The notes under the pieces: generated by a model
Told to the model about the DNA's origin: nothing
The model's database searches: none
What the model saw: only the letters and a program-made list of their open reading frames with translations
NCBI RefSeq assembly: GCF_036321535.1
Contig: NC_087436.1
Location: 119,722,001 to 119,786,000 of the forward strand
From: Camelus dromedarius
Taxonomy: Eukaryota
Direction: 5' to 3'
Length of the DNA stretch: 64,000 nucleotides
Shown here: one piece after another, positions 1 through 12,150 of the stretch
How the letters are laid out: each line of letters begins with the position of its first letter
Numbering within the stretch: position 1 is the first letter of the stretch
Program-made: the position numbers and the translations under genes

Positions 1-1005
1 ATTGATATGCAATTCACGCTGCATATTTAAAGTGTGCGACTGGGTAAGTTTGGACGTATGTACACACCTGCAAAACCATCGCCACAAGGAGGATATTCAT
101 CGCCTCCAAGGTTTCCTCGTGACCCCTTATGATCCCCCGCCTGCTCCCGAGATGACCACTGCTCTGCCACTGTCCACCAGCTTGCCATTCTCCACCGTTA
201 TGTAAGCAGAATCACATAGCACATGACGTCCTTTCTGCCTCTCACTTTGCATAGTTTTTTTTGAGTTTCATCAGTCACTGGTCTGTTCCTTTCACCCCAC
301 TCTGTGGACGTCCCACAATGTGTTGATCCACTAGCCTGTTGATGGCCATTTGGTTCGTTTCTGGTTCTGGCTGTTGGAGATACAGCTGCTGTGAGCACTC
401 CTGTGCGAGTCTTCACAGGGACACACGCCTTCATTTCTTTTGAGTAAATTCCTAGGTGTGGCTAGGATGGCTGAGTCATGTTTAACTTCTGAAAAAACTG
501 ACAAACTGTATCATTTTACATTTCCACCAGCGAGGGAAGTGCACCGGGTTCCGTTTCCTCCCCACCCCCGTCGACACTTGGTGTGGTCTGTCTTTTTGAT
601 TTTAGCCTTTCTAGCAGGTGCATGGTGGTCTCTCTCTACGGCTTAAATGTGCATTTCCTCCATGACCCACGATGTCCACATCTCTTTGCAGGCTTAGTTG
701 CCATCTTTCTCTCTGTCTTCTTTGGTGAAGTGTTGACCAGAATCCTTTGTTCATCTTTTAGGCTGTTCGTTTTGTCATTATTATGTTTTGAGAGTTCTCT
801 ACGCGTGCAGGGTGTGTGTCCTTTCTAATACGTGATTTGCAAATATTTTCTCCCGGCCAGTGGCTTGTCTTTCCTCTTGTCTTCTTCTGAAGAGAACAGC
901 GTCCTTTGCGGGGCAGGAGTATTCGGTTTTGATGGAGTGCAGTCTGTCGGTTTGCTCTTTCTGCTTCGTGCTCTTGGTGGCATAACTAAGAAATCGCATC
1001 TTTGC
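1..1005 (-). mobile_element. L1 (L1MB-like) 3' UTR plus end of ORF2, degraded; runs off the window start
   Basis: Antisense L1M 3' motifs: tgttgatggccatttggttcgtttctgg, gagtaaattcctagg, tttccaccagc, gtgatttgcaaatattttctcc, ttttgatggagtgcagtctgtc. Confidence 0.85.
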
Positions 1006-1995
1006 ACTCGGGCTCTGATCAGTGCTGGGCTGGATACTGGAGAAGTTCCCCCTCTGGCCTGTTAACTTTGGTCTTGTGCCCCATAAGAGCTGGCTTTTCC
1101 CTGGGATGGGGAGGACGAACCCTCTACTCCTCTCTCCCTTGGCCTGTCTGTCCTCTTCCCCGTCCTGCCTCCTCCTCCCATCTGTAGCTGCCTCAGCTGT
1201 CTACAGGCTGTACCTGCCTTGGGTGTTAGCAAGACCCAAGCCTTCTTCCCTGGGTCTCACAGCCCCCCACCATCTCCGGAGGATGTGCCGCAGCCTGCTG
1301 CTATGGTAGTGGGGGTGTGTGGGGCCAGGTTGTGAAGAGGGGGTCCCCACCTCCTGCCCCAGGGAGCCCCTCCTGAGCCCCTTGCCGCAGCCCATGGCCC
1401 TGTGGGTAGGCTTTTCCCATTTCCAGGCAGCATCTGCCTTCAGTCTTTCGCAGGAAGAACTTGTTGAAACTGAGCTTATGGGTAGAGGGGCTCCTGAATT
1501 CCCCTGGGCTCACTTGGGAGACTACCAAAAACTTCACGTCTGCAGGGCCATGGGAAGTTCAGCCAGAGGCCACAGCTTGGATCCCACGTGGCCTTAGCGA
1601 GTTGGCCTGGCCACAGCAGTGAGGTGCCGCTCCCCCGAGGAGAGTGATGGACGTGGACGGCTGCCTCCTCACCAGGAGCCTTCCCTCCAGATGTCCCGGA
1701 AAGTTCCAGATGTGTGGGGACCCCAGTGGAGTTGGATGCCACCGAGAGTCACCAGCTTCCCATGTGAGCCCATCGGACCTCCGGAAAGGAGGCCTTTGGA
1801 GCTCTGAGCTCTGGGAGGGGAGGGACGGAAAGTCTTTGTGGGGAGGCTGTCAGGTGTGGCCGAGATGAGCTCACCAGACGTGGCAAAGCCTCTGTTTCCC
1901 ACGTGAACAGAGCGGGGTGGGCTCCGCCCGGCTTGCGAGGAGGTGATACAGCAGTGTTTGTCCAGAGAAGCACTGTGTAGGGGGAGGAAGCACAG

Positions 1996-2388
1996 TGTGG
2001 ACTGGGGTGAATGGTGTCCCGCCGAGTCCACGTCCACCCGGAACACGGGAATGGGACCTTTGCAGATGGAATCTAGTTAAGAGGAGGTGATGCTGGAGGA
2101 GGTGGGCCCCAATCCGATGACTGGGGGTCTCTGTAAGAAGAGGGCGATCTGGATACAGAGGGAGTCTGTGTGAAGATGGGAGGGACGCGGCCACAAGTCC
2201 AGGGACGCCTGGAGCCCCCAGAAGCTGGAAGAGGCAGGAAGGAGCCTCCCTAGAGGCTCCGGTGGGAGCCCAGCCCTGCCAGCACCTTGATCTGGGACTT
2301 CTGGCCTCCACACTATGAGAGAATACAGCCGGCTGTTTTAAGCCACCCAGTCTGCGGTGTTGGGTACATCAGTTCCAGGAACTCAGAT
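1996..2388 (+). mobile_element. MLT1 (MLT1B/C-like) ERVL-MaLR solo LTR
   Basis: Start tgtggactggggtgaatggtgtccc; core cagaagctggaagaggcaggaagg, cagccctgccagcaccttgatctgggacttctggcctcc, ttttaagccacccagtctgcgg. Confidence 0.85.
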
Positions 2389-3194
2389 GGTGCCTAAAGC
2401 TAGGTGTGCAGCACCCACTTCCTGGTTGTCTGTCCCTGGGCAGGTGGCTTCCAGATGCCTAAAGCTAGGATCATGCTACCAACCCCATGCAGACGTTGGA
2501 AGAATCAAATGAACTACATAGATGGAAGATACAGTGGGTGCTCAGCCCGTGCTGGGGGCCTGCCCTTGGGCTTTCCTGAGCTGGTGGGGGATGAACAGAT
2601 AGCTGTGGAACAGGTGTCCTACTGTGCGCCGGGCACTGTGCTGAGTACCTGGGGCCGTGGTGGGGCAGAGTCGCGCCCCGCACCTGGCTCTTGCACAGTC
2701 CCGGCAGAAGCCTAGGCCTTTGAGCTGGCCGTTCTGCCCATCGGGGGCCTTTTCTCTGCAACGTGAAACGTGTTCTGCTTAAGTGGACATTGTGAGACTC
2801 CAGTGCCAGCGCCAGGTCCCTGTGGCCTCCAGGCCTCCAGGCTGAGCGGGAGCCAGCTGAGCAGTAAATGTCTTGCACAGCTGGGTCCCGGGGCAGTTGA
2901 CCTCCCCAGGCCTCGTGAGCGGGTTGTGCAGCTGGGCAGAGGCCTGCCGGGGCTGGAGGGGCCCCAGTGTGGCTTTTTAGGGTGCTGCAGCCAGCAGGCC
3001 ACCCTGTGTTTGTGGATCCCTACTGTGCGCAGTGCCTGGGCTATGGAAGACAGGATGGTTAACCTCGCTCCAGCAAATGAGTGGCCTTGATGATGGAGCC
3101 AATTTCCAGTACACTGGTTGAGCACCAGTGTGTGGGGACGCAGTGGGGCAGAGATGTGGCTGGTTCAGGTAAACGCACCACGCGGCACCGTCTG

Positions 3195-3330
3195 GGTGGG
3201 ACTCTCATATGCCATCCATTCAGTTGTTAGAAAATTGTGGGGTTCCTGCCATGTGCTGGGCCTCGGGAGTGTAAAGGCAGAGGACATAGCCTTCCCTCTG
3301 CAGGAGGAGACAGTACAGGAGAGGGAAATG
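3195..3330 (-). mobile_element. L2 3' end fragment
   Basis: ccattcagtt...cctgccatgtgctgggc...ccttccctctgcaggag resembles the antisense L2 terminus. Confidence 0.5.
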
Positions 3331-4020
3331 CAGACGCTGGCTGCCTGTTTCGAGCTGCATAAGAGAAGCATCTGAGGATGAAGAGCAGAGGGTCTGGGCC
3401 CTGGGGTGGGCATGGAGGGGGCCGAGGCTGCCCGGCAGGGGGATGGCTGGGCTAAGACAGGGAGGAAGAGGGAAGGGGTGAACCTTGGGGACAGACAGAA
3501 AGCCCTCTTTGGCCCAAGTCAGGTCACTAAGGGCAGCAGATGAAACTGGCCTGCACGTGATCTTTTTTCTGGAAACTTGCATGTTCTTGTCTGTTCGTTT
3601 GAACAGTCTCATCGCCTGCTTTGCTGCCTCCAGGCTCCCTGACGTTCACGCCATCCTGGGGGATGTTTCCAAAGATGGATCTGACGGTGTCACTCCTTTG
3701 CTCCAAAGCCTCCCAGTGCTGTGCGATCGAGTCTGGGCCCTGTCCTGCTTTCAGGACATCTCCCCCTCAGCCCCTCTGAGGCACTGAGGTCCCCCAGCTG
3801 TTCCCCACAAGCCTGCCTTTGATGCACTCTTCCCTTTGCCTGGAGGGCCCTTCTCCTCCTCCTCCATGCAGCAAACTCCAGCATCGCCTCCTCTGTGGGG
3901 TGTCCTGGGCCCTCCCATCAGGGTCCTCTCCCTGGTTCCCAGTGATGAGTCCATGTGACTGTCTCCACCCCCATCACCGGGGCCACCTGAATTCTCATCT
4001 GTCCCACCACTCTGGACCTC

Positions 4021-4363
4021 TGCCACTGACTCAGTGTTTGTGTCCCCCAAATTCATGTGCAGAAACCCCAGCACTCGATGTGATGGTGCTACGAGGTGGA
4101 ATCTTTGGAGGTGATTAGGTCAGGAGGGTGGAGTCCTCATGAAGGGGATTAGTGCCCTTAGAAAAGAGACCTGTGAGAGCTCCCTCGCCCCTACCACCTG
4201 GGAGGACATGCGAACAGCAGGAAGCAGGTCCTAACCAGATGCTGGGTCTGCGGGCACCTTGATTATGGACTTCAGCCTCTAGAACTGTGCGAAATGAGTG
4301 TTTGTTCTTTAAGCCTCGCAGCAATGGTTTTTTTAATTGTAGCAGCTCAAATGGTCTAAGACA
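4021..4363 (+). mobile_element. MLT1A-like solo LTR
   Basis: tgtttgtgtcccccaaattcatgtg, ggaggtgattaggtcaggagggtggagtcctcatgaagggattagtgccctt, ggacttcagcctctagaactgtg; ends ggtctaagaca. Confidence 0.85.
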
Positions 4364-5616
4364 TCCCCTCGAGGGCAGGAACGGCAGCATCCTCACCTCC
4401 TCCAGACCCCAGAGCGGGCTCTCTGCGGATGCAGGAGTGACGTGTGGGCGACACACATGGGTGGGGCTGGGACTTTGTGCAGGAAGATTCCAGAGCCCCG
4501 TCCTCTTCTCACCCCGCAGAAGTGGTCCTTTCCGCCCCAGCCACCTTCTCTTTTTAACCTGGAGTCTGACTTCTTCACGCGACCGCACTGTGTTGTGCTC
4601 GGGGCAACAGGGGCCGAGCCAGCCCGCTGGGTGAGAGGAGAGGCCGGGCAGGCTGGCCTCCCCCAGGGACCTGCACAGATGCAGGCTGGGGCAGCAGAAC
4701 GGGATGTGGGGCTCCATGTTTCCACGACTCTTCCTCCAGCGTTCCTAAGGAAATTATGAATTTTCTTACCGAGTCCTGATTAATTGTCAGGAAACCCTAA
4801 GTGGAGTGTGAGCAGGGCCCTGGAGATCTTGTGAACTGACTCTGCGGCGCTGCACGGGGACGGGCGTGAGGGCCGGTGTGCCTCACTTGCCTCATTCCTC
4901 TCCTGCTGCAGTTGTAGAGGGTCGGGGGCTTCCAGCTGGCCGCCCAAGGCTCAAGCCCGGCCTCTGCCAGTCCCCGGCTGTGTGACCCCGGGCAGGCCAG
5001 TGTCCCCATTATAACCAGGACCAGGTCTTTTTGAGGGCCACTGAGATCGAGCGTGTCAGGCACCTGGCGTGCCGCAGGTGCTCCGTACACACTTGTTCCT
5101 GTGTTCGCTCCTGACGTCACATCCTGGGCTCCGGCCAGCTGGACACGCAGCATGAGCTGCATCAAGAAGTACTCACCACCTGGCAGCTCCCCACCCGGGT
5201 CAGGCCAGCTCTGATGCTGCGGTGGGTGGGGGGGACGTACCTGGACCTTGACCTCCAGGAGGTCAGGGCCTGGGCGGCAGCCAGATGAGGAGGCTGGCGA
5301 CTCCAAGGTGCACCTCGCCTCTCTCACCCTGTCACCTTGCCCGCGCTCTGCTTCCTTCCAGGAGGACCCTGCCCCTAGATCTCTCGTGGTGGTGTTTGCA
5401 GGTGCCGCCCAAAGGCCGCCTCTCCCAGGAAGACTGTCTTCCCCTCAGGGAGGAGGACTCACTCTCACCTCTGAAGGCCCTTGGCTCTTCATCTCCCCCA
5501 CGTCCCTCAGCTGCTTCTGCCCTCTTTTCCTGTGAGTCACGCCCACAGCTTCCCAGCAGGCTCTGTGTCTCCATATTGCTGTCCTCCCCACCACTGAGGA
5601 GGGGCTAGGCTAGGGA

Positions 5617-5958
5617 TCCAGCCACCCGCCCTTCCACCTATCCATCCTTTCACTTATCCATTCAGCCATCTACCTGTCCATCTAGACACTCATCCTTCCA
5701 TCCATCTGCCCATCTATCCAACAATCCACCCATCCCCCATCTATCCATCCATCCATCATCCATCTGTCCATTGTCCATTCATCCCACCATCCATCCTTCC
5801 ACTCACGTATTTGTCTGTCACCTCATCCATCCTTCCTTCCATCCACTTTTCCACCATCCACCCATTTTAACTTCCATCCATCCATCCACCCACCCATCCT
5901 CCTACTCTTCCTCTCTTCCTCCTTTCCTTCATTCCTTCCTTCTTCCATCTACCCAAGC
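5617..5958. repeat. Degenerate (CCAT)n tetranucleotide array
   Basis: Repeated ccat/ccac/cctt units, read directly. Confidence 0.95.
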
Positions 5959-5959
5959 A

Positions 5960-6260
5960 ATAATGATTTATTGAGCATCTCCAGGGCTAAGTGTCTTGGA
6001 TACAGGAAAAGATACAGAAAGACCATTCAATCAGCTTTTGTTGAACACCTACTATAATGCCAGTGTAGCCCCAGCCCCCAAGCACAGTGTCCGGAATAAA
6101 CATGTGAATATAAGCTAAAGGCTTAGGACAGTACCTGGTAATTGGTCTGGAAGAGTCGGTCTCATTAGTACTTGCATCACGACCCTGGACAACTTATCAG
6201 ACCTTCCTGAGCCTTTACACGGATTAAATGAGATAATGACAATCAAGTGCTTAGCTTAGA
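5960..6260. mobile_element. L2 3' tips (antisense) followed by a MIR fragment
   Basis: atttattgagcatctccaggg; ttgttgaacacctactataatgccag; ggattaaatgagataatgac...gtgcttagc. Confidence 0.5.
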
Positions 6261-6714
6261 AAATGTTAACTCTTGTGATTAGCTATTAAGGATGACAAGG
6301 TGAATGATGAGAGTGTATCGAAATGTTCTGTTCATACAAGAGACAGATGGGGACCAACGGCAGTGTTCCTGAATAGTTCCCAGCCATCCTGAGCCTGGTA
6401 CCAAAGTCCCAGCCCCGGCCCCCCATGCTGGAGGCATGGCTGGGTAAGAGGGAGGTGAGACCGCAGGGGCTGGGGCTGGGGCTGGTAAGCCTTTGAATGA
6501 GGGAACTTGGGTGTCTTCTGGCTTCCATTTTCATCACTGGAGCTGGCTCCCCCTGAAGTAGACAGACTTCCACAAGCCCTTCACAGGAGCCCCTGGGATC
6601 AGGAGTTTTCAGAGAGGATCCTTGTCACTCTCCCCAAGCAGCCACAGAGTCAGAGACCCCTAAGGGCACCAGAGCAAAGCTTCAAGGGTCCCCAGTGCCC
6701 TGAGGAGATGGCAT

Positions 6715-7060
6715 TTACAGATAAACATCTTACTCATTGCACAGATACTTGCACACCTACTGTGTGCTTGGCCCAGTGCTGAGGACTGAGTCAAAACTGC
6801 TTGTGGCAGTGGTAACACATGGAACGGTGGATGCATGATGGCTGTGGGAGCCCGGAGGAGGGACCCAGCCTGAGGGCCAGGGAGAGGCTTCTAAACCGAG
6901 ATCTGATGGATGAATAAGGAGTCGGCAGGGGGTGGGCTGGAGCAGGAGAGGGCTCCTGGGGGTGCTGGAGGCGGGCCAGCATGAACCCCGGCAGGATGGG
7001 CTCATGTAGGGCCTAAGAACCGGGTGGGGAGCCTGGGGCCAGTTGACTAAATGCTGAGCA
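6715..7060 (-). mobile_element. L2 fragment
   Basis: gcacacctactgtgtgcttggcccagtgctgagg followed by the L2-type gggagaggcttc...gagatctgatggatgaataaggag. Confidence 0.6.
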
Positions 7061-7070
7061 TGTGCCCAGG

Positions 7071-7400
7071 TGTATGGACTGAAGTGTGTCCCCCCGAATC
7101 CATATGGTGAGGCCCTAACCCCCAGCCCCTCCGAATGTGACTGCACTTGGAGGTGGGGCCTTTACAGGGGCCATTAAGGCAAAATGAAGTCACTAGGGTG
7201 GGCCCCTAGCCAGGGTGACTGGTGAGGAGGTGAGGACACAGACACACACAGGGGGAGGACCACATGAGGACGGGGGAGGGGGTCATTTACAAGCAGAAAG
7301 AGAGGCCTTGCCTGCCCACACTTTGATCTCGGGCTTTCAGACTACAGAATTGAAGGGGTAACTTCCTGCTGTGGGCGCCCCGGGCAGAGTGGGTCTCCAG
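7071..7400 (+). mobile_element. MLT1A/B-like solo LTR
   Basis: tgtatggactgaagtgtgtccccc, ggtgaggccctaacccc, cctgcccacactttgatctcgggctttcag. Confidence 0.85.
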
Positions 7401-7454
7401 GGCCCCAAGCCATGTTCTCTGATGACAGCTGGGCCGGAAGCGGCCCTGCTGGAG

Positions 7455-7620
7455 CCACTACATTTAATGCTTTCTAATCTACACCAGCCTCTCTTCTAAG
7501 AGCTTTGCTGCGATTCTCTCCACCTTCCACTGGAGAGACAGAGAGGCTGAGCCACTGGCCCCAGGCTACCCAGCCAGTGGACAGGGGATCCAGGATTGGA
7601 GCCCCCTACCCTGTCCACAT
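7455..7620 (-). mobile_element. MIR
   Basis: ctggagagacagagaggctgagccactggccccaggctacccagccagtg...ccaggattggagccc. Confidence 0.55.
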
Positions 7621-8334
7621 TCCTGAGTCCAAGACGGCCTGGCCCTCGGGGTGGCCCACCGGATGGACGGCACCTTCCTTTGAGGCCTGGGGCCTCTCCC
7701 CTGTGCTGGGGCTCCGTGATGGGAATGTGGGTCAGCAGAAGGCCCCTGGCACCTGGCTCCCAGCTCGGGTGCTACAGGTGGGCACTCCGTGGAGCTGCTC
7801 CAGTGAAGAAGAGCCCTCTTGCCCTCAGGAGTGGGCTTCTGGAGGCCTGTTCATGGCACGGGTGGAATTTGCACAGCTGGTTCCGACCAGCTCTGGGCGG
7901 AGGTACCTGGTGGGGGAGGGGTTCTCGGGCACACCTGGTGAGGATCCCACATCCGCCCACCAGCCCTACATGAGCCGTCTTGTGGGAGCCTCAGCCCTCT
8001 GGGCTCGGGGTGTGGAGTGGGGCCAAGTTGTTATTTCTGAGTTTTCCAGCACGCAAGGCTGCACGCGGCTCGCCTGTCTGGGGTAATTGATGCAGGCGGT
8101 GGTGGTGCTCAGGATGAAAGGTCAGGGCCGCCTAGTGTGACTGGCTGTCCGCTGTGGATTCTCTCCTGCTTCAGCCCTTATGGGAAATTAACCCCTCTGT
8201 CCCTGCCCGGGTCTTTGGTGTTGTAGGGTCTCGGGTTTCAGTGCTCTGGAATTTTTTGTCTGTACAAAGCTCAGGAGGCTAGGTTGGCATAAACATCCAA
8301 TGAATCCAAATAACAAACGTTGGAGGACCAGCCG

Positions 8335-8540
8335 TGTCTTCAGTAAGTAGGTACAGAGCACATACTGTGTGCCAGTCACTGCTAGGCTCTGGGGACATAG
8401 CAATGAATTGATCAGAAAAGGCCCTGCGCTCACAGGGCTGGTACCCTGGGGTGGGGGGCAGGCAGTAAACAGATAAGCATGATAAATACATAGTTTGTTA
8501 CATGACAGGGGCTTAGGAAGGGAACTCTGGAAAGAGTCGG
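8335..8540 (-). mobile_element. L2 3' end
   Basis: gagcacatactgtgtgccagtcactgctaggctctggggacatagcaatgaa...ccctgcgctcacagggct. Confidence 0.7.
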
Positions 8541-8669
8541 GTGGACAGGAATGGGCAGGACATGAGGACAGGTCAGGTGGGAGGTGGAGGGCCAGGCTGG
8601 TGGTCAGGAAAGAGGTCAGGTAGTGTTGTGAACTGTTCCTTTTCCTTCTGAACATCTTAATTCTGGAAG

Positions 8670-8790
8670 CATCTGCACCACTTTGCACATGAGGGAAAAA
8701 CATCCCAGAGAGGGCTCAGCAGGCCAGCTGAGCGGTGGCAGAGGCAGGATTCAAACCCAGATCGCTGGAACCCAGTCCAGCTCCTCCTCT
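8670..8790 (-). mobile_element. MIR fragment
   Basis: ctttgcacatgagggaaaa...cagagagg...ggcagaggcaggattcaaacccag. Confidence 0.6.
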
Positions 8791-9254
8791 CTTACACCAG
8801 GGGATTGGGGTGGGGTGTTTCCTACAAGCATCTTGTCTTACTGGCTTATTCTCCCTCCTCGACCTGCCTCCCAAGGCTGGTACCCAGGATGGGAGAGAGT
8901 TTCATGCTGTAGTCTGCTTGGGGTTTAAGAGTTCGCTGGGAGTCTAAGTGTGTGTGCGGGAGCCTGGCAGTCTCCTGAAGGCAGCACAGAGCTCTTCCGC
9001 CCTCTCTCAGCCTTGTTCGTGGGGATGAACTCCAGCCGGGAGAGAAGGCTTTGTTTGCGCTGGCCCTGAAGCCAGCAGCTGAAAGTTGAGAAGGCTGGTG
9101 GGATGACGTGCTGCATAGAAGACACTTCTAGCCCAGACCTGGAGGCAGGAACAACGAATGCGTGTTCAGAAAGGCGTCCAGGCGGTTTGGTGTGAAGGAT
9201 GCAGGCAGGAAGGAGTCTGGTCCCGTGAGACACGTGACAGCAGCAGCAACCGTA

Positions 9255-9460
9255 ACCCCGTTTGCTGAGCACCTACTAAGCGCCACGCACTGGCTGGTCA
9301 CTGTGCATGTGGGTTTTATTTTGCCCTCAGGTGATCCTGCTGGGAGGTATTATCTACATCTTATAGACGGGGAAACTGAGGGTCAGGGAGGTGGGTCATT
9401 GAGGGTCATCCGACTAGGAGGTGGCTGAGCTGGGTTCTGTCCCCTGGTCACCTGGTTCCC
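9255..9460 (-). mobile_element. MIR, near full length
   Basis: tttgctgagcacctactaagcgcc...atcttatagacggggaaactgagggtcagggagg. Confidence 0.75.
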
Positions 9461-9887
9461 AGGTGCAAGTGTCACACGGGGCTGTTTGGTGTACGGCCCC
9501 TAATAGGATCAAGGCACTGTGCTGGGCGCCAGAGACTCAGTGGGGAGCCCCACCTGCCCTCGGGCCCGCAGACCTCACCCTGCAAGCTCTAGGGCCTGGC
9601 GCTGGTTCACCACAAGCACACACGGGGGAGTCAGACACGCCTGGAACAGCCCCAGCCCTCCCGCTCACTGCTGTGAGCGTGGGCAGCTCGCTCTGCCTCT
9701 TTGATACCTGGTTTTGTTTGTAAAATGTTGATAGAATCTACTCCTTGGGTGGTAAGAGGGGGTCAAGTGAGATAAACCATTAATTCAGTAACTGCTGTGT
9801 AACTAGTATTTGCTCAGTGGGTGTGATTGTTAAGCCGGTCCCCACAGAGCCCTTCACCGGGCGCTGACCATTCTCTCTTCCCTCCAG

Positions 9888-10255
9888 GTTGCTGAGGTAG
9901 TATTCACACAGTGTACAGCAGCCCCTTGCAGGATTACAATATGACGGATTTTGACAAACTTAGTGGTCGTATCAACAGCGCTGCAGTCAAGATACAGAAC
10001 TTTTCTCCTGCCTCCTCAAGTTCTCTCGTGGCCCTTTGCAATCAGTCTCTGTCCCCCGCCGACTGCTGCAGGTTTGGTGTCGTCCTGTAGTTTTGCCTTT
10101 TCTGGATGCCCTGTGAGTGGAGTCACGTGGCAGGCGGCCTTCGAGTCTGGCATCTCTCACTTAGGACTGCATGTTTGTGATGCATCCGTCTCAGTTGTCT
10201 TCCCCTTTTATGTCTGAGCAGTGTTCTGTTGCCCTGAGAAACCACCCTTTGTGCT
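9888..10255 (-). mobile_element. Old L1 (L1MB/MC-like) 3' end
   Basis: tgaggtagtattcacac, gattttgacaaac, cagtcaagatacagaac, agttttgccttttctggatg, tctcacttagg. Confidence 0.8.
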
Positions 10256-10284
10256 TTTCCTTCACCATTTGGGTTCTTCTTCTT

Positions 10285-10450
10285 CTTTTTTAAATGTGTC
10301 TTGTAATTTTTGATTGCTTGCTAGACATTGTTTGTAGACTGGAGGCAAATGGTATCAGGCCTGGAAATGGGCCTGCCTCCTCCTTTATCAGGCTGCTGGC
10401 TTGGGGAGTCAAGTCCTAGTTAGGAGTTGAGCTGGGTTTGGGTTCTGTTG
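10285..10450 (-). mobile_element. Old L1M internal fragment
   Basis: tgtgtcttgtaatttttgattgcttgctagacattg resembles antisense L1MC/ME sequence. Confidence 0.45.
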
Positions 10451-10454
10451 CTTA

Positions 10455-10810
10455 ATGATCAAACTGGGCCTTCTGACTTGTCCTATCTGGCCTGTATGGC
10501 ATTTTCCAGCATTTAAAAAGCATGAACTTTAACATAAAAATCTGGAATTCTGGCTTCTCCTGCAAAATCAAGAGATTGGTAACTCAAGTGTTTGGTGACA
10601 CTAGTCCTTTGTTACCCCATGTCAACATTCAGCTCGTGCAGAGTAGATGCTGCCCCACTGTGCTCTCCACTTTTCTGCAGCCCCCCCCCCACTGTGTGCT
10701 CCCCACTCTCCTCCTTTATGTTGTCTTCCTGGTTCCTGCAGATGTTTGAGTTTGTGATGTCAGACACTGAATGATATTCAGTGTACTCTTTTCAAAAAGA
10801 TAGGGAAATA
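10455..10810. mobile_element. hAT-Charlie (Charlie4-like) DNA transposon relic
   Basis: cagcatttaaaaagcatgaactttaacataaaaatctggaattctggcttctcctgcaaaatcaagagattggtaac matches my recollection of the Charlie4a/4z consensus. Confidence 0.55.
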
Positions 10811-11469
10811 TATGCATCACTTAAAAATAGATTTCCACCCCAGTGGTTGGAATGAAAGCAGTAATCAAAGAGTTTTATGCTGGAGGTTAGAAAACGCAAC
10901 TTCAGGGGGCCCTTGAGCGACAGCTTAAGGGAAGGCTCACCTTCCTCAGTTCCCGTTGGGCCAGCTCGGTGCCGAGCACAGGTGAGCACGCCCCCTCTGC
11001 TGCAGGTTTAGGGGTGGATGCTGGATCACCCCAGGAGAGAAGGCATTTTACTGATGTCTGGAAACAACGAGCATGGAAAAGGGTAGGTTTTTCCCCTCCA
11101 CTTGAGTCGTGTGTATTACCTGCTGGGAAGACTCACATTTGACAGTTTGTTTAGAGGACACAGCTTTCTGAGCCTGCTGCCAGATGGCTGGAGAGACAGC
11201 TGATATACGCCAGACGGCCAGTCACAGGGGATTTAGAAAGGCAAACACATCCACACGTTCGGATGAGCCGCTGTTTCCGGAAGGAAGGGCAGAGCCTGGG
11301 ACTCTTTGATGATGTTGGCCAGAGTTGCCCCGCACACCACGGGGTTGGGGCCCCTGTGCCACTGTCACTTGCCCGTGGAAGGCTGGAAAAGGTCAGGGGT
11401 GGGCCGGGGAGAGTGATGTGAGCTCCAGGCTACTGTGCTGTTCAGTCCCTCCCAACATTCCTTCCCAAA

Positions 11470-12150
11470 AAGAAAGTGCCTGGTACTTGGGCTCTCATGT
11501 GATGGTTGGTGAACGAAACAAGGTCCCTGCTCTCACAGAGCTGACGTTCCAGCAGAGGCGGCAGACAAGCCAGTGACCAGGTAATTTCAGAAGGATGTAC
11601 ATGTCACAGAGACCAAGGAGCAGACTAGGCGCTGAAGAGTGGCTGGCAGGGTCGGAGGAGGGGGCGTGTGAGCCCGGACCTCACCCGGGTCAGACGCGGC
11701 CGGGGAGAGGCACGTGATTTATCCCAGGGGCAGGAGGCCACGGGGCAGTGGCGGGACTTACGTGCCAGTCATGCGGGCAGCTCTGTAGGCCTTTGCTCTC
11801 GGGTGAAAATGACAAAGCAGTCGGAGCCACCTGGCTCGTTCCCGGTGAGATCCCACCCAGAAACGAGCCGTTTCCCCGGAGCGTGTGATGGTGCCCCCGC
11901 CGTCAGACAGGCTATTGAGTGGTGGGCTGATCAGACCCGAGGCTGCTTGGCCAGAGGGGCTGAGATCTGATGGCCACGTGAGTGACCTGACGTTTGTCTT
12001 CAGGGGCAGGTAGGATGTGGGCACCGAGGCTTGGGAGCAGGAGCAGAGGATGATGAGGACGAAGAAATGATGGACATTGAGCTGAAAATGCAGCAGGAAG
12101 TGGGGGAGCATGGAGCTGAGAGGGTCTGGGGAGCACATCGAGGCAGCCCT
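11470..12150 (-). mobile_element. L2 fragment
   Basis: ggtccctgctctcacagagctgacgttccagc...tggacattgagctgaaaatg...ggagctgagagggtctgggg. Confidence 0.65.

Noticed and set aside
9870-9903. cctccAG|gttgctgag|GTagt 9-nt microexon-like pattern
   Set aside because: It coincides with the L1 boundary motif (tgaggta...ttcac) and the donor is weak.
12046-12120. Acidic protein-like reading EDDEDEEMMDIELKMQQEVGEHGAE
   Set aside because: It lies within a purine-rich antisense L2, and no supporting splice sites were evident.
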